The notes under the pieces were generated by a model. The model saw only the letters and a program-made list of their open reading frames with translations, was not told where the DNA came from and ran no database searches. A DNA stretch of 64,000 nt from a virus, in the IMG/VR virus record IMGVR_UViG_3300029258_005088; one strand, given 5' to 3'. Positions 25,104-38,500 of the stretch are shown here, piece after piece. Both the position numbers and the translations under genes were made by a program. Numbering within the stretch: the stretch's first letter is position 1; each line of letters begins with the position of its first letter.

Positions 25104-26121
25104 TCAACCCATGACTTCTTCCAGCTTGGCGTTCTCTCTGGCTATGAGGAAATGCCAGGCGTGCTCCGCTTCTGCGAATACGGGCCAGCCGTATCCTTCT
25201 TCCGCGTAATAGCCCTGCTCCCACTCTCCTCCGTATTCCTCGGCCAGCAGCATGGTGGGACAGCTCTTGGTGACGTTGAAGTCCGTGAGCTTATAGACTA
25301 CCGTCTCGTCCTTGAAGATGTTCCAAGGGATGTAGGTCTCTTCGAACAGGGACTGTCCGCGCATGTCGTAACACGACCTCTGGGAACGGCCGTGGTTGTA
25401 GACACACTGAAAGTAGGACTCGGACAGGGCCTCCCACTCCTCGAAGGTGGTGCAGTCCAGTTTGACTCTCGGACGCTTTTCGGTCCTATCGGGTACCGCT
25501 ATTTCTAAATGCATGATATACTCCTTACGAAAAAGGCCCTGGGTAGCTAAGTACTGCCCAGGGCCGTGTTTTACCGGGGATGAGAAAATCTCAGGGCTTG
25601 GGCAGAGGTTTGAGACCGCGTGTTTTTCTCACGGCGTTGTCTCGGTGGAACTGCTTCCGTTGCCATCGGGACATGGTCTTCCACGTACGCTTTTGCGGAC
25701 GTCTGTAGATATCTCCTGGTCCGTATATCATCAGCTACCTCCTGGGTACCATGAACTCTTTGTAATTCTCTTCGTTGTGCTCCTCTCGGGTCTGGCCGAA
25801 GTGATCGGGAGCGCATCGATCACAGAAGAAGATACCACAGTAGTAACAGCGATACAACTTAAAGGCCGGAACCGTGACCTTCTCGCAGAAGCACGTCACG
25901 TCCTTTCCCTTGGCCGCCGACATCAGCTGCTTACGGGCAATCTTCTTATTCGCACGAAGCTCATCGACCGTTTTCTTGTGTTCCTCGGCCTCCGACATTA
26001 TCAATGCCAGTGTATCCACACGCTCCTCCTCCGTCATGGTCTCGAGTATGTCGTTGATCTGGTCCTCGGCTCCCTGCTTCTGGCTCTTCACCAAAGCAAG
26101 GATCCTCTCGTTCTTGGTCAT
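25104..26121 (-). other. Three hypothetical proteins (25104-25514; 25591-25731, 46 aa, not in track; 25735-26121 with Cys/His Zn finger)
   Basis: RBS-led ORFs; CFC...CYYCGIFFCDRC...HF in the third. Confidence 0.6.
25530..25565 (-). terminator. Terminator-like hairpin
   Basis: GGCCCTGGG/CCCAGGGCC, 13-nt loop, T5. Confidence 0.7.
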
Positions 26122-27155
26122 GCGATTACGGTCCTGGGATCCACGTCCTCGTTCACGATACAACCGTGGACGAATACCGAGCCTTTCTTCCTGGTGCCGT
26201 CCTTCTGTATGGGATACCTGCGGAAATGCCAACGACGCATGTGCGTCTTAGGACTGGCATGGGATCCCTGCTTCTGGATGGCAGGTCCTTCCAGGTGGAA
26301 AGGCTGTATCTGTGGTATGGGTATGTGCCCAAGTCTTCCCAAGACATCGTCCGGGTATCCTTTCACTACCTTTTCCGGGAACGTCTGCATGTACACAAGA
26401 AGTCGGAACATCATGACTATGGTGAAAGTACACGCTGTCACGCCCTCCGTCACCTCCTCGAAATCTTCTGTGAGGCACTTGTTGAATGCGTTCTCCACGT
26501 TAGCGAACGGGATGTCTATAACATCCGTATAGGGATCCGCGTCAGAAAACAGCATCGTAAGACATGGCTCATTGTCAAACTTCTCCAGATCCTTCTGGAT
26601 CTTGTCCTCGCTCCACATGGCCTGGCGGATCCTAGCGTATGCCTTTGGTATCATATGTCTCTTGGCAAGCCGGACGAATCGGTCGGACACTCTTCTCTGC
26701 TTTTCTCGATAACGATCCAACGATATTACACAAGGAATGGGAGAAATCCCGTCAATGGAGAACTCCTTCGGCCATGCAAACGACATGGAAGGAGGAAGAG
26801 AAGATAAGTCTATGTCCTCTCCTCGCACGTCCATCTTGGCATCATGAAGGAACTTCAGGAAATCAGGCCCCTGAGGGAATATTGACATATACCCGTTCTC
26901 TGCCCAGAACATTTCAAGCTCCGCTGATTGACAGGACATGCCGTACTCCTTTGAGCTTATAAGATCTCTACTCAGGAGGTACGCCTGATTCAAATTCTCA
27001 CACACGAACATGCCGTCCATGGACTTCACTGCACTGGGCTTTAGACCGAGCGTCGAACAGAATGCCCTAGCCTCTTGCCTGGTCTTCTTCCGTTTCAGCT
27101 CCTTCTTGATATCGCCGGCAACCCTTTTCATATAAGATTCATACATATTGAACAT
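26118..27155 (-). CDS. Hypothetical phage protein (C-terminal HASPKTHMRRWHFR motif)
   Basis: 345-aa ORF; I recall HxSPxxHxRRxH-type C-termini from other phage proteins. Confidence 0.6.
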   Translation of the reverse strand: MFNMYESYMKRVAGDIKKELKRKKTRQEARAFCSTLGLKPSAVKSMDGMFVCENLNQAYLLSRDLISSKEYGMSCQSAELEMFWAENGYMSIFPQGPDFLKFLHDAKMDVRGEDIDLSSLPPSMSFAWPKEFSIDGISPIPCVISLDRYREKQRRVSDRFVRLAKRHMIPKAYARIRQAMWSEDKIQKDLEKFDNEPCLTMLFSDADPYTDVIDIPFANVENAFNKCLTEDFEEVTEGVTACTFTIVMMFRLLVYMQTFPEKVVKGYPDDVLGRLGHIPIPQIQPFHLEGPAIQKQGSHASPKTHMRRWHFRRYPIQKDGTRKKGSVFVHGCIVNEDVDPRTVIA

Positions 27156-27164
27156 GATTCTCTC

Positions 27165-30100
27165 CTAGTTGAATGCCAACCGGGACACCTCCCGGCCCAG
27201 CTCTTTCTTTACCGCTTCCCTGGCCTGCTTCTCCGTAAAGGGAGAAGGGACCACGACGGTTACCCTATGAGAGTTTCCGTCGTGGTCCCACGCGCTGACC
27301 CTGATGCGTACCATCTTGATCGTATCAGTCATGGGAGCTTCTCCAGTCTGTGGATAAGGTCTGTGAGTTCGAGGATCTCCCGGTCGACGAACAGGCTGCG
27401 GTCCGTATCGTCTATATCCTCAGACTTCCTTTCCTTCTCCGCTTCGTAAGCCGCCAGCAGCGACTTCAAAGCGGTGATGATCCTGGGCTTGTCCTCTGGG
27501 TATACCGGATAGATCGCATTTTTCATCGGACGGTTCAAAGACCTGTTCCTCTTTCCTCGCATCTTCTCACCCATCGATCCACGCTCCCAGATAGGCATAC
27601 CCATACGAAGCGTTCGGGGATCCGATGATAGCGAACTTGCCCTCACGGAGAAGGATGTAGTCCGAGGTCTTCGTCCTGAAGTTGTGTTGCATGAACGCGG
27701 CCCGGAGAAGCTCCAGCCCGGTCTCGTTCAGCCACTTGACCAGTTCCTTGCGCTTGTCCTCCGGACCCGTGCAGCTCTGCCGGTTGTACAGGATGTCGAA
27801 CGGGTATCCGCTGTTCTGCCAGATCGCCCTGGCAGACCACGCGGTGTCCGCTTTCTTGTCGACGAAGCCATATCCCTTATGCTCGAGGAACCCGAGCGAG
27901 TCTCTGTCCTCACGCTTGATCAGCGTGATCTCCAGTTCTTCTACCATGTTACGTGACCTTTAGTTTTAGACATTCTCTTACCATATCGACACAGCCCTCG
28001 CACCAGAGTTCTCCGCACAGCTCTATGGAATCATCGATGTCGAAGATCCTGTCGCAGTGCACGCACTCGAATTCGTCGTCGGAGCCGGCTCGCTTCTCGA
28101 ACTGCAGAGGATCGGTACCGAACAACGCCGGATTACCCTCCTGCTTCGCGAGAGCGAGGTTGGCGGCCTGTAATACCGCCTTCGCTTCTTCCAGATCTCC
28201 TTTGCCGGTTACGTCGACGTGGAGCTCCAGGTTTCTGATCTCAAGAATCATCTTCTTCCTCCATGGGGAATACGAGGAAGCCGCACTCGGCGCATTCGCC
28301 TGCAGGCACTGTTCCTCCGGGCTCTATCCTCTCGGTCAGATCCGGGATGTTCGGAAACACTCTCTCGAGGTCGTCCTCGTGGAACCGAGCACCGCAGTTG
28401 TGGCACTCCAGATCCTTTTCCTTAGGCATGCGATAGAGCATCTGCTCCTTCAGCGTGTCGCCCAGGAACGGGAACTCCTCGATGGCCTGCTTCATGGTGT
28501 ATGTACCATGGCCCTTTCCGTTCTGGTGATAGATGTTCTCCAGATCGGTATGCTCCAGATACGTCTCCATCAGGCCGGAGATCATGTTCATCTGGTCCTC
28601 CGACATGACACAGGCGCGAGGAATCTTCGACAACTCCTCTTTGGAAGGGAGGCCTTCACGTACCTGATCGCTTTTGGCAACCTCTTCGAAGTACTCCCTG
28701 TCTACGTCGAAAGAATCTTCGACGTAGGTACCCGGCACAGGCAGGTCTCCGTTCACCGCCTGCTCCAAGGCGTCTTTCCAGCTACTGGCCTCGCACTCGA
28801 AGAAGCCGCACATCCGCCAAATGCAGGGAACTCTGTAGGTCTCCTTCTTGCTCGTTGATTCGGGCTCGCTCACCGGTATGGTCTCCGGAAGGATCGGTAC
28901 TTCCAGATGCCTGACCTCGGTGGACTCGAAGGTCTCTTCCAGAAACCTCCTGATCCTCTCCGTGGCCTCGGCGTCCGAACCATCCTCGTAAATCACCGCG
29001 TCAAGCATGAGCTGGTCGTTCTCGTCTCTCACTCTTATTCTAAGATCCATAAGATCCTCCTATCATTCGCTATCTCCTCTGAACATCGTTCCGAAGATAC
29101 GCTCTCCGTACTTGGCCTGAAGTATCTCGTTTTCGGGGATGGTCTTGAGGTAGTCGTACAGGGGCTTCCACCGTTTGGCCTGCTCCTCCGTGAGTATGTT
29201 GAAGGTTAGCTCTTCGCCGCTCTCCACGTGGACGTAGGTCAGATGCCTGCCCCAGGAAAGCCCCTTGGTCTTTATCTTGAATCCAAGGGGCTTGATCTTC
29301 TCTCGCAGCTCCTTAAGAAACATTGTCGGCGCCTTCCACCTTCACTTCGACTAGGTCCTCGATATCTCCCACGGTCTCCCTGAAGTCAAATTCCCGGAGA
29401 TCATCCACGATGGCTTCCTTGATCGCTTCTTCGGACATCTCTCCGAACTCGTCTTCCATGTTCGTTATGAGCTCGGTGAAGTCATACGAGAAGGTGACTT
29501 TCGCAGTTACCTTTCTGCTTTCCTTATGCGGCATCGATGACGTTCTCCAGCTTCTGTAGAGCGTGTTCGTAGCCTTCGCGTACGCACTTCTCCAGCTCGG
29601 GTTCTTCGAGATAGCTCTTGAACGCACAGATCCTGTCCCGGATCCTCGACTTCACGGTCTCCGCCAGGTCCATGACCTGGTCGATGGCGAGGTCGAAGTT
29701 CTGGCAGATGCAGTCGTCCTCGTCGTTCTCTTCCTGTCGGCAGTCCTTGAGGTCTACGAGTTTTTCTCGGATCTCTTCCAGCTCCTTCAGGATCTCGACG
29801 TCTCCGGTGACCGGACCCTGCTTTCCGGACTTGCGAGCGTTGGCGTAGGCCACGCACTTGTCGAGCTCGTCCTGCGTGAACACCTCTCCGTTCTCGTCCT
29901 CATGAATGCGTCCGCACTCACAGGCCCAGTAGTCTTTCTCCCCGTTCAGAGGAATGAGTTCCAAAGCTGATTCCTCCTTGCATTCCGGGCAGTATGCTGT
30001 CGGTTTAGTCATTATAGATCCTCCATGTAGTTGTCTTTCCATACTTCTACGGCCATGTCGATCAGCTCGTGTACCTCGTTGATCTCCATGTCCAGTTGCC

Positions 30101-33100
30101 CGGACAGCTTGTTTACCATCTCGGGCTTCAACCCTCCGACCGACTGAATCCCCGACAACAGCCGGGAGAGATTCATCTCGGGGGAGAGCCCGTCCTTGGG
30201 AGGATAGCGTAAATGCACCTTCTGCAGGCGCTCCTCGCGCTCTCTCCACTCCTCGTCGTCGTCGTCCTGCCAGCCTGCGCAATGGTCGAGAGCCAGGCGC
30301 TGTGCCTCGATCAACGACTCTATGGCATCGGTCTCGTCCATGTCCTTCTCGACGAACACCGATATGCCTATGCGCTTGTAGTAGGTCTCCTCGACCTCGA
30401 CGGGGGACTTGCCCATGGGATCCTCGAGATCGTCGAAGATATCCGGGGTGACGATCAGTAGGTAGAAGTGCTCCACGTCCAAGGAGGAGGTGGAGCGCCT
30501 GTCCCACGTCAATACGCCGTACTCCTTCCCGTCGTACACCCGAATACCGGTATGCATACCTGGGAACTCCTTGAGTATCGGCTGGGCTATTCCGATCTGC
30601 TCTTCGGTGAGATCCCCGTTCCTGGTGGCATCCGGCTCGTCGGGCATGAAGATGAAGCGAGGGAAGATGCGATAGACGTCTTCCCCTTGCTCCACCTGAC
30701 AGACGATGGTCACGGAAACGCCTCTGTACCCTCCGGAGAGCGCCACCAGGTTGGGGAACTCGTCCAGTATATGCTTCAGCGCACGCTTGTGCTCTTCGGG
30801 CACTGCTCCGTACTTATAGTCCATTACTCATCCTCCAGGCCCAGTCGGGCCTTGTCGCTATCGGTCATGTCCCAGTCGTCCTGGTCCAGATCGTTGTGTG
30901 TTTGATAGGCCGAATCGATGTTGAACACCAAGTCAGCCACTGTCTTGGGCAGGTCGATGCCTCTCTTCAGCGCATAGCCGTCCAGCGCCTCGGAGATAAG
31001 CTTGAGATAAGCCGGATGTCCTTCCACGGACATGCTCTTCTCGAACACCCTGATGTGGTCGTCGTCGACGTTCTTCATGTTCTTCTCCTCCGGCGGTACG
31101 TTGACGTTGCCGGAGAGGTGCTTGAAGAACTCCTCGATCGCGAACAGATCGGATCCTCCGAAGGACCATGCCTTGTAGCTGTCGTCCAGGAGGATGCGGT
31201 CGTCCTTCTTCACGATGAAATAGGTCTTGTCCTCGTGAGTGGGCTCTACCACGATGTTGGTGAAGTCCACTTCGATGCCCATGACCTTGAAGACCCCTAG
31301 CAATGCATAGGAGAACTTCCTGATGATGGACTGATCCAGTTCGGTCGTGTCCCAGACGGCGTCGTTGACACATCCGTGCCCGGACTGGTAAGCGGCAAGG
31401 ACCAGACCCAGATGGCCTTCGTACTCGTCCGGATCTATGTAGGTTCTCTCGAGAATTACCTTCTGCACCGCTTCGCAGAACGGGAAGTGAACTTCCTCGA
31501 TCTCTATGCAGGTGCCTGCCAGATCCTCTTCGGTCATCTCCAGCAGCTCCAAAGCATCCGATCTGTGGGCGAACAGACGTATGTTACGGTCATCGTCCAA
31601 TACGTACTCGTTGCCATTCAGGGGGATGTTGTTTATGGGTCGCGCTATTCTGTACATCTATCCTCCTATGACAAGGATTTTGCTCAGACCCTTCTCGATG
31701 CGGGCCTCCAGTTCGTCTCTGTACCGCTCGGGGAACGGCATTGCGTCCACGGGCATCTCTACCTCCACCAGCATGTCTCCGCTATCGGAGGTCAGCGAAG
31801 GTCCCGCATATTCCAAGACCTTGTCCCTCTCGGCACAGGACATGTCCACGATGATGACGATTTCCTCATTGATCATCGTCCAACTCCTCTATGATCTTGA
31901 ACAGGTCATGGTTCGTACCTCTGACCGATTCGGTTACCTCCATCCTGTGCTCGTCGGCCAGTGCCTCAAGGGCCGGGAGACAGGCTTGATATATCTCTTC
32001 TCCGTAGAAAATCGCCGCAGGCTCCGCGTGAGAATCGCTCTCGAAGTACGCCAGTACGAGCTCCTGGTCGATGCACGACTTGATCTCGATCTCGAAGTCC
32101 TCAAGACGTTTGATCGGGACTTCGGCATGGAAAGCGTCCAGAGCCTCGTCCTCTGTGTAATGGTCTCCTAGCCACAGCGGTGGCCGGTCCCTGTACATCT
32201 CGAGATCAGCCGGATGCAACTTATCGTACTCCTTGTTCGGCTTCATGGAGACTCTCCATTGGATCTTCAGATCGGGGAGATCGGTCTTGTCATCCTCCCA
32301 TTCTTTTGCTTTATTCTCAGCCTCTTCGGCTATACTCTCGAGAGAGCTCTGCAAGGCATCCTCGTGAGAACACCCAGCCCCGCTTCTGGCGTCGTCTGCC
32401 AGTTCCCGAAGAAACTCTACGACCGCCTTAACTGTCAGTCTGCTCATGGTGTAGGTACCTCGAATTCCTCTGGTCCTACGAGGCAATAGTCGTAGTACCA
32501 TTCGTCTTCCAGTGGGATCCAGAAGTCTGTTAGCTTGATCTCGACGCTTGTCAGACCACGCTGCCCGAACTGATGGTGTAGCTCGGCGTTGTCCATGTGG
32601 TTGGCCAGATCTCCGATGTCGAAGCCTCCGATATCGAGCAGCGCCTTCCTGGCGGCCTCGTTCTCGAAACAGAACGCACTGGCCGCATCCGCGATTATGT
32701 CACGGATCTCGTACCTGCTCAGCTTCTTGTCCGAGAAACCGGTGACCTCCGCGAATCTCACGGATCCATCGTCCTCGGTGTCTCTCTGAACGTATTCTCT
32801 GAATTGGTTCATTCGTCTTCCTTCACGGAGACAGGCAACATGGACCGTAGCCTGTCTCGCTTGTCTCTGTATGGTTGTTGATCCTGCTTGTAGCCGCTGT
32901 TGGCTTCTATGCAGTTGCTCCAGTCTTCGTCTGCCCATTGAAGGGCTTCCTCGAGAGTCTCCCTGGCCGTCTTCGCGTCCATCTCGTCGGGGATCTGGAA
33001 TGTGAACGTCACGGTCTTGCCCGTGGTTACGACGGGACTCAGCACCAGGTTCAGGAACAGATCGGGATCGAGGCCTTCGCCTTCGATAAGCTCTTCCATG

Positions 33101-35489
33101 TCTCCGTACAGAGAATCACCCATCTCTCCGTTGGAGAGGTCGACGACCCGGAAGCCCTCGGACATATGGGTGCTCTCTTTCACGGCTACGTGCACGTCGC
33201 CTGCTATGGTCCAGCACTTCATCGGTGGTGTCTCCTGTCCTTCTTGGAGCGGCCACGGTCACGCCATGGCTGGTCCTGTTTCTTCTGTTCCTTGATGAAC
33301 GCCTCTTCACCACGTAGCTTGGCCTCCGCTATGGAGTCTTCGTGGATGCTCTTCAAGTTCATGACCTGCGGCTCCTGCTCGATCAGCTGCTCTCCGCTTG
33401 CGACGATCGCACGGCAGCTCATGCCGGCTTCCTCGATCTTACGCTGAAGCTTGATGGCATCGAGATTGCCCTCGCATACCACGAGGACCATCTCCTGATC
33501 CGGATCGTTCAGCATAGCCTCGAGCATCTTGTTCACTTCGAAATTGCTCTCAGCCATCATAGGCCTCCAGCCATTCCTTCTCTACCTGGGTCCAGTCCGT
33601 TGGACGGAACTCGCCTTCGACGTCCCCGAACCTGAAGTTGGGGATCGGAATGGGATCGCACCCCCAGCAGTTCTTGTGCTCGAGGTACTCGATCACCGCG
33701 CCAACGGGCAAAGGCTCGCGCTTGTCCGTCCAGGTATTGGGGGCGATGCTTACGGTGTTGGTCAGGAAAGCTCCCGCCTTCAGCACCCTGTACTCCCTGC
33801 CCTTTACCAGTTCTACGTGCTTGTCACTCATGTATAACTCCTCTACGACTCCCAGATGATGTCGTATTCCTTTACTATCTCGTCCATGTCTCTGTCGACG
33901 AAGCCGTACCACTTCTTGGCCTCTTCTTCATCGGTGAACATATGATCGTAACTGATGTTGAAGCCGCACTCTCCGAAGTCCGTGATCTCGTGGGGAAACC
34001 CGGTCATCTCTCGGAGCCTGGCCGCTACGGCCTCGGTCGCCTTCTTCATCTTCTCCAGTATCTCCGGAGGCTGTTCCCTGTCGGTATGCCACAGATGGGT
34101 AAACACGGAGATGTTCTCCTCGTAATCCCACATCATGATGGTCTCGTCGGTGTAGTCTTCAGCCTTTGGCATCAGCTTTCTCCAGCCTGTTCAGCAACCA
34201 GGTATGCTCCTGGATGCTTACCTTGACGGTCTTCTGCAGACCTGTCACGAACGTCACCAACACTTCGATGAAATCACCATCAGTGGATTTCGTGGTTATG
34301 TACATGACATGGTCCGGATTCGCGTACAGGTCTTCTCTTATCTTCAGCATTTGCTCTCCTTCTGGAGTTTTATGTGTTTCTTGATCACCTCGCAGATCTC
34401 GTCGCGTAGCTCGTGGGTATCAACGAGGACGTCGTCCAGGAACATGCGGTAGAACTCGGACTTCTCGAAGTCCTCATCCTCTACCTCGTCCACCAACACC
34501 TCGAACTCGATCTCTCCGTCTGCATGCTCCATGTGCTCCAGCTCGCAGTGCAACTTGCTCCTGTTGAAGAGCTCGTAGGCATGCTGCTCGTAGATGGAGA
34601 CCGTCTTCCTGACGGCGTCCTCCTGGGAGTCCGCTTCGATGGGCTTGAGCCGGATCATGGCCTTAGCCTTGATCAGCGTCGAGTACTTGGTCTTCGGATG
34701 TACGATCTCCAGAGGCTTGTCGCCGAGAAGACGTGTCTGGCCGCCCATGGGTTCGCACCCGAACTTGTTACCGAAGAACTCCAGTTCCGCTTCCGATACT
34801 GTCATCAGTACCTGCTTCTCCGTAGCATCCTGGCAAAAGAGATGCGTGGTTGATCCGAAGTAGTTGTTCGGGTGTTCCAGCGATCGGAACACCGGTCTGT
34901 TGAACGAGTCGATTCCGAAGAACCTCACCTGTTCCGTAGGTCGTTCCTCAGGCATTGCAGTCTCCTTTCTTGTAGTTCAGGCTCGAGCACTTCAAACCAT
35001 CGTCCAGATACCCGTCGATGAGCTTCTTGACTTCGACCATGGAAGTCACGGAGCATTCATTGGCGCCGTCTTCGTATGCGTCCTGGTTGGCATACAGCAG
35101 ATAGACCATGCCCGGGGACAATGGCCAGTGCTCCTGAGTGATGATCCAACCACGGTAGTCCCATACCCTGATGGGCTTGCCGGCCTTTGTCTTGCGTCTC
35201 TTCGGCCTGCTCATCGTGCGCCCACTCCGTTGAATACACCCTCGCCGGGATCGTTCTCGGGCTCCACGCCCAGCTTTCTCAGACGCTCGTCGTAGCGTTC
35301 CACGGCCAGTCCGTTGTCATGTGCCTTTCCATGGCCTCCGCAGGATGCCTGCGTGTGCCTGGCGTTCTTTCTGCATTCCTTCAGGAGATTGATCTCCAAC
35401 TCCTTCAGATCCTTTCCGGTGGCAACGATCTCTCCGAAGCTCACGGCTACGAGCATGCTTTCCACCTGGACTCCATACAGCTCTAACAT
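27165..35489 (-). other. Run of about 22 short accessory ORFs
   Basis: 27165-27332 (55 aa, not in track), 27329-27574, 27567-27947, 27949-28251, 28241-29050, 29063-29323, 29313-29534, 29524-30012, 30012-30824, 30824-31657, 31658-31876, 31866-32447, 32444-32812, 32809-33222, 33219-33560, 33550-33831, 33843-34172, 34159-34350, 34344-34955, 34948-35214, 35211-35489. Acidic proteins, overlapping starts/stops, GGAG RBSs. Confidence 0.6.
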
Positions 35490-35507
35490 TGTTTCTCCTT
35501 TAAAATG

Positions 35508-35537
35508 AAAAAGCCGGCCACCTAAATGGTGACCGGC
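35508..35537 (-). terminator. Terminator-like hairpin
   Basis: GCCGGTCACC-ATTTA-GGTGGCCGGC followed by T5. Confidence 0.7.
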
Positions 35538-35558
35538 CCGGGATGGGGGGAGATGATT

Positions 35559-38500
35559 CTATTCAGCGACCTTGGCCATGACGATCCAGTTCGTACAGCC
35601 CTTGGTAGGGCATTCCACCCCCAGACACAGTACGCTGTTCTCGGCTCTGGCCGCTCTCATTAGAAGCGTGTGCTTCCTCTTGGTTTCCACCTCGCAACCA
35701 CAGATGGTGCAGGCGCCTTTCAATACGTCTTCTTCCGACAACGAGCCGGGCTTGGTCACGTTGATGGCGGGTTTCGGGATCTTGGCCATTGTATTCCTCC
35801 AAGTTGGTTTCCAATAGTATAGCTCCGATCGCAGACTCGTGCCAGTCCTAGTACTCGGGCCTGCTGTCCGGAATGATCCCCAGCTCCTTCTCGCACTTCT
35901 TCTCGAACTCGTCGAGATTCATCCAGCATTCCTTGCCGTTGTGATCCACTGCCTCGGTGTAGCCCACCAGATATTTCATCTTCTCGTAGCCTATCGAACG
36001 CCACACGAAGATGTTGCCTTCCTCTTCCTTGAGGTGCTTGGAGATCATCTGGAGGAAATCGATCTCCTCCTCGAACTCCTCTCCATCGTCCATGCGATCC
36101 GGAAGGCATCCATTCTGGCCCTCGTCCAGGATGCAGAACGTGTTCTCGTCCTCGTTCACGGCCAGGAGCTTGAGCTCCGTAAACCGGGCGATGAACTTCT
36201 CGAACTCCTCGGCGTCCTTTACGTCGAAATGATTTGATCGGCCGAAGCCTACGTACGTTCCCATATTAGTCTCCTCCGTAAAATTCCAACAGGCCTACAC
36301 AAGATGCGTGACAACGACCACTGCAGAAGACGTGGTGACCATCCATGTGGGCGTCCTCTTCCTTCAGCTCCTTGCCGCACTCCTCGCACTGGACCATGCC
36401 GTCGTATTCCTCGTAGTCGGCGCCGACGCCCTCGGTGGGGAACTGGGTGACGGTCGGATCCACGATCGTTCCGTCTTCCTTGACGCACCACCAGTGCTGT
36501 TGCCGGCCCCACATCGGGCACCAGTACCAGCCCCGGACGAGACGCAGGGTGGGATCCTTCTCGATCTCCTTCTCCGCGTACTCCTTGCACTTGCCCCGGT
36601 ACAGGGCGTATCCTTCGTCACTCATCGTCTTTCTCCGGGTCTTTGCCGAAGAGGGCCTTCAGTGCCACCATTCCTTTCTCGTGAGGAGGCGGTTCGTCGA
36701 TGACGATCTCCAGCCACGCCCACGAAGGAAACGGCTCTCGACCTTTCTTGAGCATGCCTGGGTTTACGTGCTTGTCCACGTATTCCCTGATGGCCACGCT
36801 TACTTCCGCATTGCTTAGCCTAAGGACTTTTCCTTCCTTTTCTCCATCAAGCATCGTCTGTTCCCTTCTCCTGGTTTTTTCTCTTTCTTCGTCTCTCGTT
36901 CTTGGCTGCCTTTCGAATCCGGGCAGTAAGGTATTCAACGAAACAGCCTCTGCAAGTACACTGGCCAGGTTGATACAGGTCACTGCAACAGTGTCCGAAC
37001 AAGCCAAGAGTCGTTGCGAGCTCTTCCGCTATATCCAGTATTGTCTCCGTTTCTTCGTGGCTTGCCTCGTCACTCATGCCTTTCTCCCGATTACGGCAAA
37101 ACCCCTGAGAGTGGAGGTCATCGCCACGATTATCGTCGAGTCCGAGGGAACGGATCTCTGCAGGTTCTCACACATCGCTCTAAGGCTCTGTTCGGGAATC
37201 CACACCATTGGCAGCCAGAAACGCATGTCGTCTTCACTTGCCCATGCCATGCCTGCTATGACCTTGTCATCAGGTGCCAGGTCCATTACGAGTCCTCTGT
37301 CCACGCTTCCCACTCTGTCGGACAACTGAAAGTCCTCGTACATCGTGACGTGTATGGGAGCCTTCTCCGGTGGATCCTCGAGAAGGACCTTGTCGCCTCC
37401 GTTCAGCAGCCTGCTTATCGGACCGTCCTCCGGCCGAGTGAGCCGGTGCATCAACTCGACGTCCGCACCTACCTTCTTCGGATGTTCTCGCCTGTCGTCT
37501 AGCTTGTCATACCACACGATGCTGCTCCTTGTCTATGGCGTGCCTGATCATGGCGTCCTTGGCGATAATGAAGAGATCGTTGCAAAACTGCTGGAACGAG
37601 TCGTCGATAAGTCCGTCCTCCATATCGTCGGGATCCTTTATCGTGACTTCGCTGAGGGTGTGTCCACTCTCGATGTCGCGGATATAGATCCAGAGACCCG
37701 CATCGATCAGCTCCATGTGGAGTATGGTGCCTCCCTCGATGGTGGCACTGAGCTGACAGACGGCGTTGTAGTGGAAATCGGTTTCCAGGTCCACGGGGTT
37801 GTCGAAGAACAGTCCGTATTCCCTCGCGAGTATGTCTTGAATTCTCGACGCTATCTCCTTCAGCTCTAGGATACGGCCTTTCAAGGCAATCTCCTTGGTC
37901 ACTTCGGAGATCAAGGCTTCCCGCAGAGGAGCGAACATCCTCGTCAGCGTCGTGTCGTATTTTCCTTCTTCATTTTTGTTCATAAAGCATCCACTCTTGC
38001 TATGTGGTATCCCATCTGGGTGGCGAGTCTCAGTGCCTCGTTTCTCGTACGCCGGTAGCGCCATGCGGCGTTGTCGGGCTTGGTGCCGACCGGCTCGATC
38101 TTCCACTCGTTGGGATAGCACGGGGTTTTGATTATCTCTACGACAACCTGTTGATTACGTTCCTGGTTCATAACCTTCCATTATCCTCTTCTGTCTTTTC
38201 ACGTACCACTTCCAGCACCTATCCAATAGATCTCGTCCTCTCGGGCGTATCGTGAACCATCCGGGCATGTTCCTTTCGGTCCATTCCGTGACCAAGTCCT
38301 TCCTGGCCAGTGCTCTGCCGGCGTTCAGCCAGTGTATCTTGTTCTTTCCGCAGAGTTTCTCCGAACTGGTGACGAACAGGTGGCGCAGCAGGATATACTG
38401 CAGGATGGGTAGTCCCGACATCCTGAGTACCTCCCGCTTCACACCGGACAACAGACCGCTATGGGGGAGAACCTCTCCCTTTCCGGGAAGGACTCTCAGC

